From a virus, in IMG/VR virus record IMGVR_UViG_3300048833_000100, positions 1 through 64,000 of that record: DNA of 64,000 nucleotides; one strand, given 5' to 3'. Both the position numbers and the translations under genes were made by a program. Every line of letters begins with the position of its first letter. The first letter of the stretch is position 1. Below are positions 1-8,462 of the stretch, in pieces. Below the pieces are notes generated by a model. The model had not been told where the DNA came from. It was given only the letters and a program-made list of their open reading frames with translations, and did no database searches.

Positions 1-8
1 TCACAGCC

Positions 9-359
9 ATGGCTGACTTCGCCCTCACTTCCTCTGAGGAAGAGGACAAAGACGACGCGCCCAAATTCGACTTCTCTCAGGGAGAGACGTTGCTGGTCGC
101 CCTGGATGACGGGAACATCTACCATGTCTCGGTCATCTCGGACACCAATGGCTGGTGCTCTTGTGAGCTCTTCTACGACGGGTGCATCGACTACATGATC
201 GAGGAGGCCTGTTCCTTCGACGATCCCTTCGGGGTCTATGTCATCGAAGGCTGCACTGGAACCTACATCAAGGGGGACGGTTGGATGACCGATGATGATG
301 CCGAGTTCTATCCAGGCACCATCCGTCCAGCCACCCCGGAAGAAAGGGAGATGCTCTGA
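9..359 (+). CDS. Hypothetical acidic protein
   Basis: 116-aa ORF with phage-like codon use; no family recognised. Confidence 0.7.
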   Translation: MADFALTSSEEEDKDDAPKFDFSQGETLLVALDDGNIYHVSVISDTNGWCSCELFYDGCIDYMIEEACSFDDPFGVYVIEGCTGTYIKGDGWMTDDDAEFYPGTIRPATPEEREML

Positions 360-415
360 ACCATGTTGACCATCACACCACACCACACCTTGTAATGGTT
401 AGTTGTGCGGAGTAA

Positions 416-440
416 CCTACCTTCGCTGTCAGCTAGGAGG
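416..440 (+). promoter_or_regulatory. Hairpin sequestering the HNH ribosome-binding site
   Basis: CCTACCT..GCT-gtc-AGC-TAGGAGG can pair over the AGGAGG SD upstream of GTG 446. Confidence 0.5.
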
Positions 441-445
441 AACTT

Positions 446-1042
446 GTGCCATACCTACCTATCCAGGGATATGAGCAAATTTATGAGGTCAGCGACCTCG
501 GGCAAGTAAGATCCCTTGATCGACACACCACGGGTAAGGATGGGTGCATCTACCCATTTCGGGGAGTCACCCTTAAACCTGCTGTCCACAAAGACACTGG
601 CTACCTCATGGTCTCCCTCTGGAAAGGGGGAGTTGGGCGACACCATTATGTCCACCGACTGGTTGCAGAAGCCCACATTCCCAACCCAATGGGATTGCCT
701 GAAGTCAACCACAAGGATGGTATCCGAACCAACGCAACCGTTGGAAATTTGGAGTGGGTCACCGGACAGGAAAACAAGCAACATGCGGTAGACAGCGGAC
801 TGCGTGTTTATACCCACCGACTTACCAGAGACGAGTTTGTGGAGTGCATCCACGACATTATTGGTGGGGAGTCATATCAGTCACTGTCCGAACGTGTCCC
901 CTATAAGGTCCCGTTCCTTTCAACCAAGCTCCGGCAGTTGGCCAAAGAACTTGGCTTGGAGCAGGACCTGGATAACTCCCTTCGAGAACAGCGCATCACA
1001 AGAGCGAGGATCAACGGTGCTAAACATAGCAGAGCTGATTGA
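446..1042 (+). CDS. NUMOD4-HNH homing endonuclease
   Basis: N-terminal 'IQGYEQIYEVSDLGQVRS' (NUMOD4) and 'VHRLVAEAHIPNP..PEVNHKDG.RTN....NLEWVT..EN..HA' (HNH); lower GC than flanks. Confidence 0.92.
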   Translation: MPYLPIQGYEQIYEVSDLGQVRSLDRHTTGKDGCIYPFRGVTLKPAVHKDTGYLMVSLWKGGVGRHHYVHRLVAEAHIPNPMGLPEVNHKDGIRTNATVGNLEWVTGQENKQHAVDSGLRVYTHRLTRDEFVECIHDIIGGESYQSLSERVPYKVPFLSTKLRQLAKELGLEQDLDNSLREQRITRARINGAKHSRAD

Positions 1043-1820
1043 CTCGGTGCAGGAGGTGTCCCCCTCCGCCCATAACGTCAATCGCATCAACTCCATTGCT
1101 GACCACTATAAGAAGGAACGCCAAGAGAGCAAGACTCCCACCTTTGCTCTCACGCTCTGACCCCCTCTTCTTCGGAGGAGGGGGTAGAGCAAAGATACCT
1201 ATCAGGGGACCTGGAAGACCATCGTCGGCCAGGGTTTTGCCGTGAAGGTCGCCAAGCAGATCGAGAAGCGATACCACGAGCTCTATGTGGTCTCGGACCA
1301 ATGGGTCGCAGCCAAGCTCGATCAGGCCTCGATCGACGGCTATGTCACCGCAGCCTTCGGTCTTCGGGTCAGAACCCCTCTGCTTGCCCAGGTCATCCGG
1401 GGCAACTCCAAGACCCCCTATGAGGCCGAGGCAGAAGGCCGCACCGCAGGCAATGCTCTCGGGCAGTCCTGGTGCCTGTTGAACAGCCGGGCATGGGTCG
1501 AGTTCATGCAGAAGGTTCGGGCCAACCCGGACATGCGCCTCAAGGTCCGGCCCTGTGCCCAGATCCATGACGCAGGCTATGCCCTGATCCCCGATGACAT
1601 CGAGGTGCTCCAATACGTCAACGAGCACCTGGTCGAAGCCGTCTACTGGCAGGACCATCCTGACATCTCCCATCCCGATGTGAAACTCGGCGGGGAACTC
1701 TCCATCTTCTGGCCGAGCTGGGAGCATGAAGCTGTGATCCCGAACAGTGCCTCGGTGGATGCGATCTACGCAGTCATCGAGAACCATACGAAAAAACTCC
1801 GGGACAAGGGGGTCATCTGA
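1017..1820 (+). CDS. DNA polymerase (family A, N4-like), C-terminal subunit of a split gene, interrupted by a 45-nt insert (1155-1199)
   Basis: SD GAGGA (1006-1010) then GTG 1017; 'INSIADHYKKERQESKTPTFALT' and, in the same frame after the insert, 'YQGTWKT..AKQIEKRYHELY..FGLRVRTPLL..EAEGRTAGNALGQS..QIHDA' (motifs B and C). Confidence 0.88.
1152..1199 (+). other. Candidate translational bypass (ribosome hopping) element
   Basis: ACG ctc TGA ccccctcttc TTCG gaggaggggg TAG agc aaa gat ACC; hairpin 1154-1190; Thr codons at both ends. Confidence 0.65.
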
Positions 1821-1821
1821 C

Positions 1822-1854
1822 CTCCCTGCCCGCACTCTGTAGGGGTGTTTTTTG
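1822..1854 (+). terminator. Putative intrinsic terminator
   Basis: CCCTGC..GTAGGG stem followed by a T-run after the polymerase stop. Confidence 0.5.
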
Positions 1855-1960
1855 GTGTTTGGTTCACGTCCGGTAATGCAACATTACCGGACACAGTGAG
1901 CCCCTACAGGGTGCGGCGCTTTGGCCCACCATTTCCCCATCAAAGCGCCGGGAGGCCCGC

Positions 1961-2323
1961 ATGAACTTCGTCACTGACCGAAGCCTTGAGATCATTCGCA
2001 AGGCCCTGAACAGGCTCGACCTGCCAGAGAATGGCACCGGCCATATCGCCCCGCACCACATGGGTGCCCTGCGCGATCTGATCGAGCACTTCGATTACTA
2101 TGTCGTGATCGGGGTCGGAGAGACCCAGGAAGTGGCCGGTGTCGTCCTCAAGGAGGACGGGCACTTCTACTTCATGAACGCCCGCAAAGCTGGCGACAAC
2201 AGCTGCTTCATCCGGCTCGATGACTACCTCAGCGACTACGCGGATCTGACCCAGATCCATTGGTTCCTCGAGGATGTCCGGGCCGAATGGATGGAAAAAT
2301 ATGGTCAAGCCAAGAGCGCCTGA
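1961..2323 (+). CDS. Hypothetical protein
   Basis: GGAGG SD, 120-aa ORF. Confidence 0.75.
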   Translation: MNFVTDRSLEIIRKALNRLDLPENGTGHIAPHHMGALRDLIEHFDYYVVIGVGETQEVAGVVLKEDGHFYFMNARKAGDNSCFIRLDDYLSDYADLTQIHWFLEDVRAEWMEKYGQAKSA

Positions 2324-2339
2324 ACCAAGGACCAATCCC

Positions 2340-2570
2340 ATGACCAAGGATCCCTGCAAGGTCGGGGACCGCATCCGGTTGCTCGAGATGCAGGATGATC
2401 CCGATCCCATCCCACCCGGAACCACGGGCACTGTCACCAGTGTCCACCAGTTCCGTGGCCTCGGCCCCCGTCTCGAGGGGGCCTGGCATATATCCGTCAA
2501 CTGGGATGTCAGTCGCTCCCTGGCGCTCTGCTATCCCCCCGACCACTTCGAGGTTCTCCATGGCCCGTAA
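2340..2570 (+). CDS. DUF4314-like small SH3-type protein
   Basis: 'GDRIRLLEMQDDPDPIPPGTTGTV..V..WD..RSLAL..P.D.F' resembles the DUF4314 pattern. Confidence 0.65.
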   Translation: MTKDPCKVGDRIRLLEMQDDPDPIPPGTTGTVTSVHQFRGLGPRLEGAWHISVNWDVSRSLALCYPPDHFEVLHGP

Positions 2571-2757
2571 ACCCTCACCCCCGCTGAAGACCTATGACGC
2601 CGTGGCGACCTTCCCCATCACCAAAGCCGTGCGGGTGAAAGCCCGGAACCGGGAAGAGGCGATCGAGAAGGTCGCACGTGCTGTCCGGCAGAGCTACGGC
2701 GTTGCCTCAGAGAACATCTCCATGTGGGTGCCCTTCCTGGAAGGAGACCAGCAGTAA
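2560..2757 (+). CDS. Hypothetical protein
   Basis: Overlapping start, 'VRVKARNREEAIEKV' phage-like. Confidence 0.6.
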   Translation: MARKPSPPLKTYDAVATFPITKAVRVKARNREEAIEKVARAVRQSYGVASENISMWVPFLEGDQQ

Positions 2758-2782
2758 CGAAACCAGAGAAGGGGTTCACCTA

Positions 2783-3055
2783 ATGGGCTGGATCAAGACC
2801 TACGAAAACTGGCAGGTCATTATTGCCGAGCATTACGGCGAACTCGCCAAGTTCGGTGATGCGCAGACTGTTCGCATCATGCTCCGAGATGCTTCTCGAG
2901 AGGAGGCGTCGCTTGAGGAGCTTCTGATGAAACTCAAGGAGGCTCTGCCGCCCGACGATCCCTGGATTCCAAATACCCAGGAAGAACTGAAACGGGTTGT
3001 TGCCGCTAAGGATGAGCTGCGGAAGTGGCTCGCAGATCGAGGACTTGAGCCATGA
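2783..3055 (+). CDS. Hypothetical protein
   Basis: SD plus ATG; coupled to the next ORF. Confidence 0.6.
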   Translation: MGWIKTYENWQVIIAEHYGELAKFGDAQTVRIMLRDASREEASLEELLMKLKEALPPDDPWIPNTQEELKRVVAAKDELRKWLADRGLEP

Positions 3056-3270
3056 CCGACAAGCCCTGGAACGCTTCCCACATCAACATCGGGGAAGTGG
3101 TGCATCAATACCTCTATGGCTTTGACATCTCCGTGGAGCATCTGGACCGACGCCTCGACCCATTTGGCGCCACAGTCATCAGGGATGGGGTCGTGCTATT
3201 CACCGGCCTCTTCCCGACCCTCTCGGCCGCCCGTCAGTGGTGCGAGCAGAAAGTGCGGGAACGGTCATGA
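3052..3270 (+). CDS. Hypothetical protein
   Basis: ATGA overlap with the upstream gene. Confidence 0.65.
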   Translation: MTDKPWNASHINIGEVVHQYLYGFDISVEHLDRRLDPFGATVIRDGVVLFTGLFPTLSAARQWCEQKVRERS

Positions 3271-3428
3271 CCAGAGCCCAACCCCAATACCTGATTGTCG
3301 CCAATCGCCGCTGCAAGACGCATCGGCCCGGCACCAAGCTGGTCTACACCGGCCCCAGGTCTGGCATCTGCCGTGGGTGGACCAGCCTGGGCCGCGTGAG
3401 CCAATGGATCGAAGGAGGATACACCTGA
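3267..3428 (+). CDS. Hypothetical protein
   Basis: ATGA/TGATG coupling on both sides. Confidence 0.55.
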   Translation: MTRAQPQYLIVANRRCKTHRPGTKLVYTGPRSGICRGWTSLGRVSQWIEGGYT

Positions 3429-3733
3429 TGACCGACCAGACGCCCCAGCCACGGCGGAACTACGCCCTGGTGGCTCTGATCGTGCTTTATACCGATCAGG
3501 CCGGGGTGCAACACCAGCACCCCATGAACCTCATGACGGACATCTCGGTCGGCTACCTCGGCCTGGCTGGCATCTCCATGCTGCAATCTGCAGCCACCAC
3601 CCAGGCACTCGAGCAGCTGCCGGACAAGGAGATCACCGTGACCAACGTGGTGATCACCAGTCTCATCCCCATGGGGAACCTGACGCTGCACGAGCTGCGC
3701 CACAACCCCTTCCAATCGAAGCTCCATTCCTGA
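3428..3733 (+). CDS. Hypothetical protein
   Basis: AGGAGG SD, TGATG overlap. Confidence 0.65.
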   Translation: MTDQTPQPRRNYALVALIVLYTDQAGVQHQHPMNLMTDISVGYLGLAGISMLQSAATTQALEQLPDKEITVTNVVITSLIPMGNLTLHELRHNPFQSKLHS

Positions 3734-3742
3734 GAGGGAACC

Positions 3743-4021
3743 ATGCACTTCTTCTCCAAGATCGAGAACGCCTTCGTGCTTCTCAAGACCGCGGGGGTCT
3801 ACCGTCAGGCTGACCTCTATCGCCGCGGGGAGCATCTCTTCGCCAAGGCCGGTGCGGGCTATATCCGTCTCGGCATCTCGGGGGAAACCTCCGCCCCCAG
3901 GACCCATTGGCTCGAGATCGACCCTGGTCAGGACGCAGGCAATCTGGACACCCGTAACGGGGTCATGCCGGTCTGGCTCCCCACCAAATCCAAGAAACCC
4001 ACCAAGCTCAAGGCAGCTTGA
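3743..4021 (+). CDS. Hypothetical protein
   Basis: GAGG SD, 92-aa ORF. Confidence 0.7.
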   Translation: MHFFSKIENAFVLLKTAGVYRQADLYRRGEHLFAKAGAGYIRLGISGETSAPRTHWLEIDPGQDAGNLDTRNGVMPVWLPTKSKKPTKLKAA

Positions 4022-4038
4022 ACCAAGAAGGAACCTGC

Positions 4039-4278
4039 ATGTCTGCAGATATTGAACCCCGTCTCCGCAAGATCGTCTCGGAGCATCTGGACGTGGATCC
4101 TAACAAGATCCAGGAACATTCCGACTTCATTGGCGACCTCGGCGCCGACAGTCTCGACACGGTCGAGCTGGTCATGGCCTTCGAGGAAGAGTTCGGCATC
4201 GAGATCTCCGATGAGGCTGCCGAGGAAACCCAGACCTTCGGTCAGGCCCTCACTCTCGTGACCAAGCTCGCGGCCTGA
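4039..4278 (+). CDS. acpP: Acyl carrier protein
   Basis: '[27 protein letters not shown]' with the phosphopantetheine Ser motif DSL. Confidence 0.95.
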   Translation: MSADIEPRLRKIVSEHLDVDPNKIQEHSDFIGDLGADSLDTVELVMAFEEEFGIEISDEAAEETQTFGQALTLVTKLAA

Positions 4279-4293
4279 CAAAGGCTGTCACCC

Positions 4294-4319
4294 CCTTGGG
4301 TGCTCCCGAGGTTTTTTTC
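4294..4319 (+). terminator. Intrinsic terminator
   Basis: CCTTGGG-tgct-CCCGAGG followed by T7. Confidence 0.65.
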
Positions 4320-4379
4320 TTGGTTTGTGGTCCGCCGTAGGATACCACATCACACCGCACCACACCTGCAGGAGCACCC

Positions 4380-5366
4380 ATGACTCTCTCCAATGTCACC
4401 AATATCCCCTTGCCGCTGGCCGTCTGGCTGGCCGGGGATGGCTACGATTTCAAGCGTGGCACCCGCAAAGCCATCTCGGCGACCTCCCTTCTGAAGGGTG
4501 TCCGTAAGATCCTCCTCGAGGAGCGTCTGCGGGATGAGGACAAGCTGCAGGTCGATGTCTCCCAGCTCATCGCCTCTCGCCTTGGCCACACGATCCATGA
4601 CGGGATCGAGAAGGCATGGACCCATGATTATGCCGGAGCCATGCGGGCACTGGGACATCCCGAGTCTCTGATCGAACGGATCCGCATCAACCCGGAACCA
4701 TACGAGCTCCGCACCCGCAACGACATCATCCCGGTCTATCTGGAGCAACGCACCGAGAAGGACTTCATGGGCTATGCCATCACCGGCAAGTTCGACATGA
4801 TCCTCGACGGGGTGCTTCACGACTTCAAATCCACCTCCACCTTCGCCGCCGTTCATGGTTCGAAAGACGAGGATTACCGGCTCCAAGGCTCCATCTATCG
4901 CTGGCTCAATCAGGACAAGGTGACCGCCGACCACATGGTCATCAACTTCATCTTCACCGACTGGTCGAAGGCTGAAGCGCGGCGCCGCCCGGATTACCCG
5001 CAGCAGCGGGTCATGCCGCACCCGCTCCCGCTCTACTCGATCGCCGAGATCGAGAACTGGATGCGGGGCAAAATCCGTGCCCTGGAAGCAGCGGCCGATC
5101 TCCCGGAAGACCAGATCCCCCACTGCACCGAGGAGGAGCTGTGGCGATCGGACCCGGTCTTCAAATATTTCGCGGACCCGGCCAAGGCGCTGGATCCGAA
5201 AGCCCGGTCCACCAAGAACAGCCCGACCATGCTGGAGGCCCAGCAATATATGGCTTCCAAGGGTGGCAAGGGCGTCATCGTCGAGGTGCCCGGCAAGGTC
5301 AAAGCCTGTGGCTATTGCCCGGCTTTCCCCATCTGCACACAGAAAGATCTCTACGATCTCGAGTGA
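4380..5366 (+). CDS. N4 gp42-like PD-(D/E)XK (Cas4/AddB-like) exonuclease
   Basis: 'GHTIHDGIE', 'LEQR..ITGKFD..DFKST', four Cys near the C-terminus; N4 synteny. Confidence 0.8.
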   Translation: MTLSNVTNIPLPLAVWLAGDGYDFKRGTRKAISATSLLKGVRKILLEERLRDEDKLQVDVSQLIASRLGHTIHDGIEKAWTHDYAGAMRALGHPESLIERIRINPEPYELRTRNDIIPVYLEQRTEKDFMGYAITGKFDMILDGVLHDFKSTSTFAAVHGSKDEDYRLQGSIYRWLNQDKVTADHMVINFIFTDWSKAEARRRPDYPQQRVMPHPLPLYSIAEIENWMRGKIRALEAAADLPEDQIPHCTEEELWRSDPVFKYFADPAKALDPKARSTKNSPTMLEAQQYMASKGGKGVIVEVPGKVKACGYCPAFPICTQKDLYDLE

Positions 5367-5391
5367 GCCCCGAACCATAGGAGCAGCTACA

Positions 5392-7569
5392 GTGTTCGAT
5401 CTACACAAGGTCCCCCATCACAAGGCCATCGAGGACATCACGCAGCTTGTCTGCGCCGAGGTGGGCAACAAGGATGCGGGGTTCTTCCGTCCGATCGTGG
5501 CCTATCACCTGATGGTTGCGGCCGCCACGATGCGGACCCAACTCAGAACCAATGACCGGGGGGACATCCCGGTCAACGGTTACGTCATCGCCCTCTCGAC
5601 TTCCGGCTCGGGTAAAGGTCACGGCATGGGTGTTCTGGAGAACGTCATCTTCCGGGACTTCCGTCGCACCTTCATCGACTACACCCTGCCGCAACTGGCC
5701 GAGTCAGCGATCTGGAAGCACGCCATGGGCCGTGCTGCCAAGAACGGCACCGAGGAGCAGTTCGAGTATGACAAGCTCAATGCCGAATACGAGCGGGCTG
5801 GAGAGTATCTCTTCAGCTTCGACGATGCCCACTCGTCCGCGGTGAAGCAGTTGCGGGAGAAGCTCCTAATTTCCCAGGCCGGCTCGCTCAACTTCATCGT
5901 GGACGAGATCGGGTCGAACCTCGACAAGATCGCCCCCACGATGCCGGTCTTCCTGGAGCTCTATGACCAGGGTCTCGCCAAGCAGAAGCTCTACATGAAC
6001 TCGGCTGACCGCAAGCGGACAGCCCAGATCGAGGGCAAGACCCCCACGAACATGATCCTCTTCGGCACCCCCTCGAAACTCTTCAACGGGGGCAACACCG
6101 AGGACACGTTCTATGAGCTTCTGGAGACGGGCTTTGCCCGGCGCTGCATCTTCTCCCTGGGGCATCCGAACCCGGCCTATCATGACATGACGGCCGAGGA
6201 GCAATACGACGCTCAATCGGACCCGACCAAGAAGGCCGAGCTGCAAGCCTGGGCGGATCACCTCGCCTCTCTCGCCGATACCGCCAAATACGATCAGATG
6301 ATCGAGGTCCCCCGTGACGTGGGGATCAAGCTCATCGAGTATCGCAACTGGTGCGACGAGCGGGCATCCGAGATGCCCGAGCACAACGACATCCGCAAGG
6401 CCGAAATGGCGCACCGCTACTTCAAGACCCTGAAGCTGGCGGGCGCCCTGGCCTTCGTGGAGGAGTCCCCTGCCCTGACAGAGGGTCTTCTCCTCTCGGC
6501 CATCAAGCTGGTCGAGGAGTCCGGGGAGAGCTTCCAGGCGATCCTGTCACGGGAACGGCCCTATATGAAGCTGGCTCGCTACATCGCAGCCATGGGCACT
6601 GAGCTGACCCATGCTGACCTTGCAGAGGAGCTGCCCTTCTACAAGACCGGCGCAGGTCCCAGGAGCGAGCTCCTGACTATGGCAACGGCCTGGGGCTACA
6701 AACACCACATCATCCTGAAGCGGCGCTACATGGATGACGTGGAGTTCTTCTCGGGGGAAGCCCTGAAGAAGACCCAGCTCTCTGAGCTGCACCTGGCCCA
6801 CTCGGAAGACTGGACCCAGGGGTATTCGGCGGAGCTTGCTCCATTCGATCAGCTCGATCGACTGGTGGCTTTGCCGGATTACAACTGGACTGTCCATGCT
6901 TTCAAGGATGGGCACCGGGCCGGTGACAACGTAATCCCAGGCTTCAACCTGGCCGTCTTCGACATCGACGGCACGGTCAGCAGGGATGTGGTTCACGAGC
7001 TCCTGGAGGATTACACCTTCATGACCTACACCACCAAGCGCCACACACCGGCCGCCAACCGCTTCCGCCTGATCCTGCCGATGAACTATCATCTGAAGCT
7101 CGATCGGGAGGAATACCGGGAGTTCATGGACAACATGCTCGAATGGCTGCCCTTCGAGGTCGATGTCGACGCAGCCCGCGACATCGCCCGGAAGTGGGCC
7201 ACCAACGAGCATGCCCTCATCCACACGAACCAGGGCGAAAAGCTCCTGGATGTGCTCCCCTTCGTGCCCCGGACCAAGCGGAACGAGCAGCGTCAGGCCG
7301 ACCTGAAGCAACAGACCAAGGAGCTGGGATCCCTCGACAGCCTGGAGCGGTGGTTCGCACATCGCTTCATGGATGGGGATCGCAACAACGCCATGCTGAA
7401 GTTCACCCTCGCTCTGGTGGACTCCGGCATGGATTACATCGAGGTCGAGAACAAGGTCTTCGCCTTCAACGCCAAGCTCAAGAACAAGCTCGACAAGGAC
7501 GAGCTTCGTCGCACGGTGCTGGTGACCGCCAACAAGCGCATCCAGGACCGTCGGGCAGCCGGCATCTGA
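5392..7569 (+). CDS. N4 gp43-like DNA primase
   Basis: AGGAG SD + GTG; 'SGSGKG', 'DEIGSNL', 'YTTKRH..RFRLILP', C-terminal 'DRNNAML'; N4 synteny. Confidence 0.85.
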   Translation: MFDLHKVPHHKAIEDITQLVCAEVGNKDAGFFRPIVAYHLMVAAATMRTQLRTNDRGDIPVNGYVIALSTSGSGKGHGMGVLENVIFRDFRRTFIDYTLPQLAESAIWKHAMGRAAKNGTEEQFEYDKLNAEYERAGEYLFSFDDAHSSAVKQLREKLLISQAGSLNFIVDEIGSNLDKIAPTMPVFLELYDQGLAKQKLYMNSADRKRTAQIEGKTPTNMILFGTPSKLFNGGNTEDTFYELLETGFARRCIFSLGHPNPAYHDMTAEEQYDAQSDPTKKAELQAWADHLASLADTAKYDQMIEVPRDVGIKLIEYRNWCDERASEMPEHNDIRKAEMAHRYFKTLKLAGALAFVEESPALTEGLLLSAIKLVEESGESFQAILSRERPYMKLARYIAAMGTELTHADLAEELPFYKTGAGPRSELLTMATAWGYKHHIILKRRYMDDVEFFSGEALKKTQLSELHLAHSEDWTQGYSAELAPFDQLDRLVALPDYNWTVHAFKDGHRAGDNVIPGFNLAVFDIDGTVSRDVVHELLEDYTFMTYTTKRHTPAANRFRLILPMNYHLKLDREEYREFMDNMLEWLPFEVDVDAARDIARKWATNEHALIHTNQGEKLLDVLPFVPRTKRNEQRQADLKQQTKELGSLDSLERWFAHRFMDGDRNNAMLKFTLALVDSGMDYIEVENKVFAFNAKLKNKLDKDELRRTVLVTANKRIQDRRAAGI

Positions 7570-7671
7570 CAATCCCCCCGGCCTCCGCCTCACGGCTCTG
7601 GCCGGGGACTCTGAGCCTCCCTGGAGGTGTGTTTTTGGGGTGTGTGCCCCTAAGCGAAAGGAACCATCCGC

Positions 7672-8409
7672 ATGGATGCCACCAATGATCAGCTCGTCCT
7701 CGTCGCGGGCGAGAGCGGCTCCGGCAAATCTGCCAGCCTGCGGAACATCCGCAACCAGGAGAAATGGGTCTATCTGAACTGCGAAGCGGGCAAGCGTCTG
7801 CCCTTCCGCAACAAGTTCATCTCGGTCACGATCACGGATCCCTACGAGATCTTCGACTACTTCCAGCAAGCCATGGAGAACCCGGACAAGATCGACGGGA
7901 TCATTATCGACACCATCACCTTCCTGATGGAGATGTTTGAGTCGATCTATATCAACCGGGCCGCCGATACCCAGAAAGCCTGGGGCGCCTACTTCCAGTT
8001 CTTCAAGGAGCTGATGCAGGAGAAGGTCGCAGCCTTCGGCAAGCCGGTTGTCATCCTGGGCCATACCCTGACCACCTATGACCAGAAATCCTTGTCGAAC
8101 AAGGTCTCGGTCCCGGTCAAAGGTGCCCTGAAGAACAACGGCATCGAGGCCTATTTCTCGACCGTCGTGGCGACCAAGAAGATCGAGCTCTCGGATCTCG
8201 CCAAGTTCGACCAGAACCTGCTGACAATCACCCCGGAGGACGAAGCCCTGGGCTACAAGCACGTCTTCCAGACCCAGCTGACCAAGTCCACCACCGGGGA
8301 ACGCATCCGCTCCCCCATGGGCATGTTCCGTCAGGATCAGACCTTCATGGACAATGATGTCCAGAAGCTGCTCGACCATCTTGACGAATACTACGGCGTC
8401 GCGGCTTAA
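7672..8409 (+). CDS. N4 gp44-like AAA ATPase (Sak4-like)
   Basis: Walker A GESGSGKS, Walker B 'IIIDT', 'RIRSPMGMF'. Confidence 0.85.
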   Translation: MDATNDQLVLVAGESGSGKSASLRNIRNQEKWVYLNCEAGKRLPFRNKFISVTITDPYEIFDYFQQAMENPDKIDGIIIDTITFLMEMFESIYINRAADTQKAWGAYFQFFKELMQEKVAAFGKPVVILGHTLTTYDQKSLSNKVSVPVKGALKNNGIEAYFSTVVATKKIELSDLAKFDQNLLTITPEDEALGYKHVFQTQLTKSTTGERIRSPMGMFRQDQTFMDNDVQKLLDHLDEYYGVAA

Positions 8410-8462
8410 TCACAGGCCGCACACCACACCCCCCCAAACCACACCTCATCTCGGAGAACACG

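Noticed and set aside
363-395. Mini-ORF MLTITPHHTL after TGAACC
   Set aside because: Ten codons made mostly of the CCACA repeat; no support for function
360-1016. Group I intron around the HNH gene
   Set aside because: No room or recognisable P/Q/R/S core, and no polymerase exon immediately upstream; not formally excluded without a covariance search
804-1016. N-terminal extension of ORF 804..1160
   Set aside because: Out-of-frame overlap with the HNH gene; only the part from GTG 1017 resembles polymerase
1161-1190. Hairpin as a simple intrinsic terminator
   Set aside because: No U-tract on the + strand, and it lies inside an essential catalytic motif with intact coding sequence on both sides
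1242-1820. GTG 1242 as the true start of a stand-alone polymerase fragment
   Set aside because: No SD, and it would exclude the conserved YQGT of motif B that lies in frame upstream
4380-5366. Cas4-like nuclease suggesting a CRISPR system
   Set aside because: It is the conserved N4 gp42-like gene; no repeat-spacer array or other cas genes were seen
6547-8379. 610-aa minus-strand ORF
   Set aside because: Antisense shadow of the primase and ATPase genes
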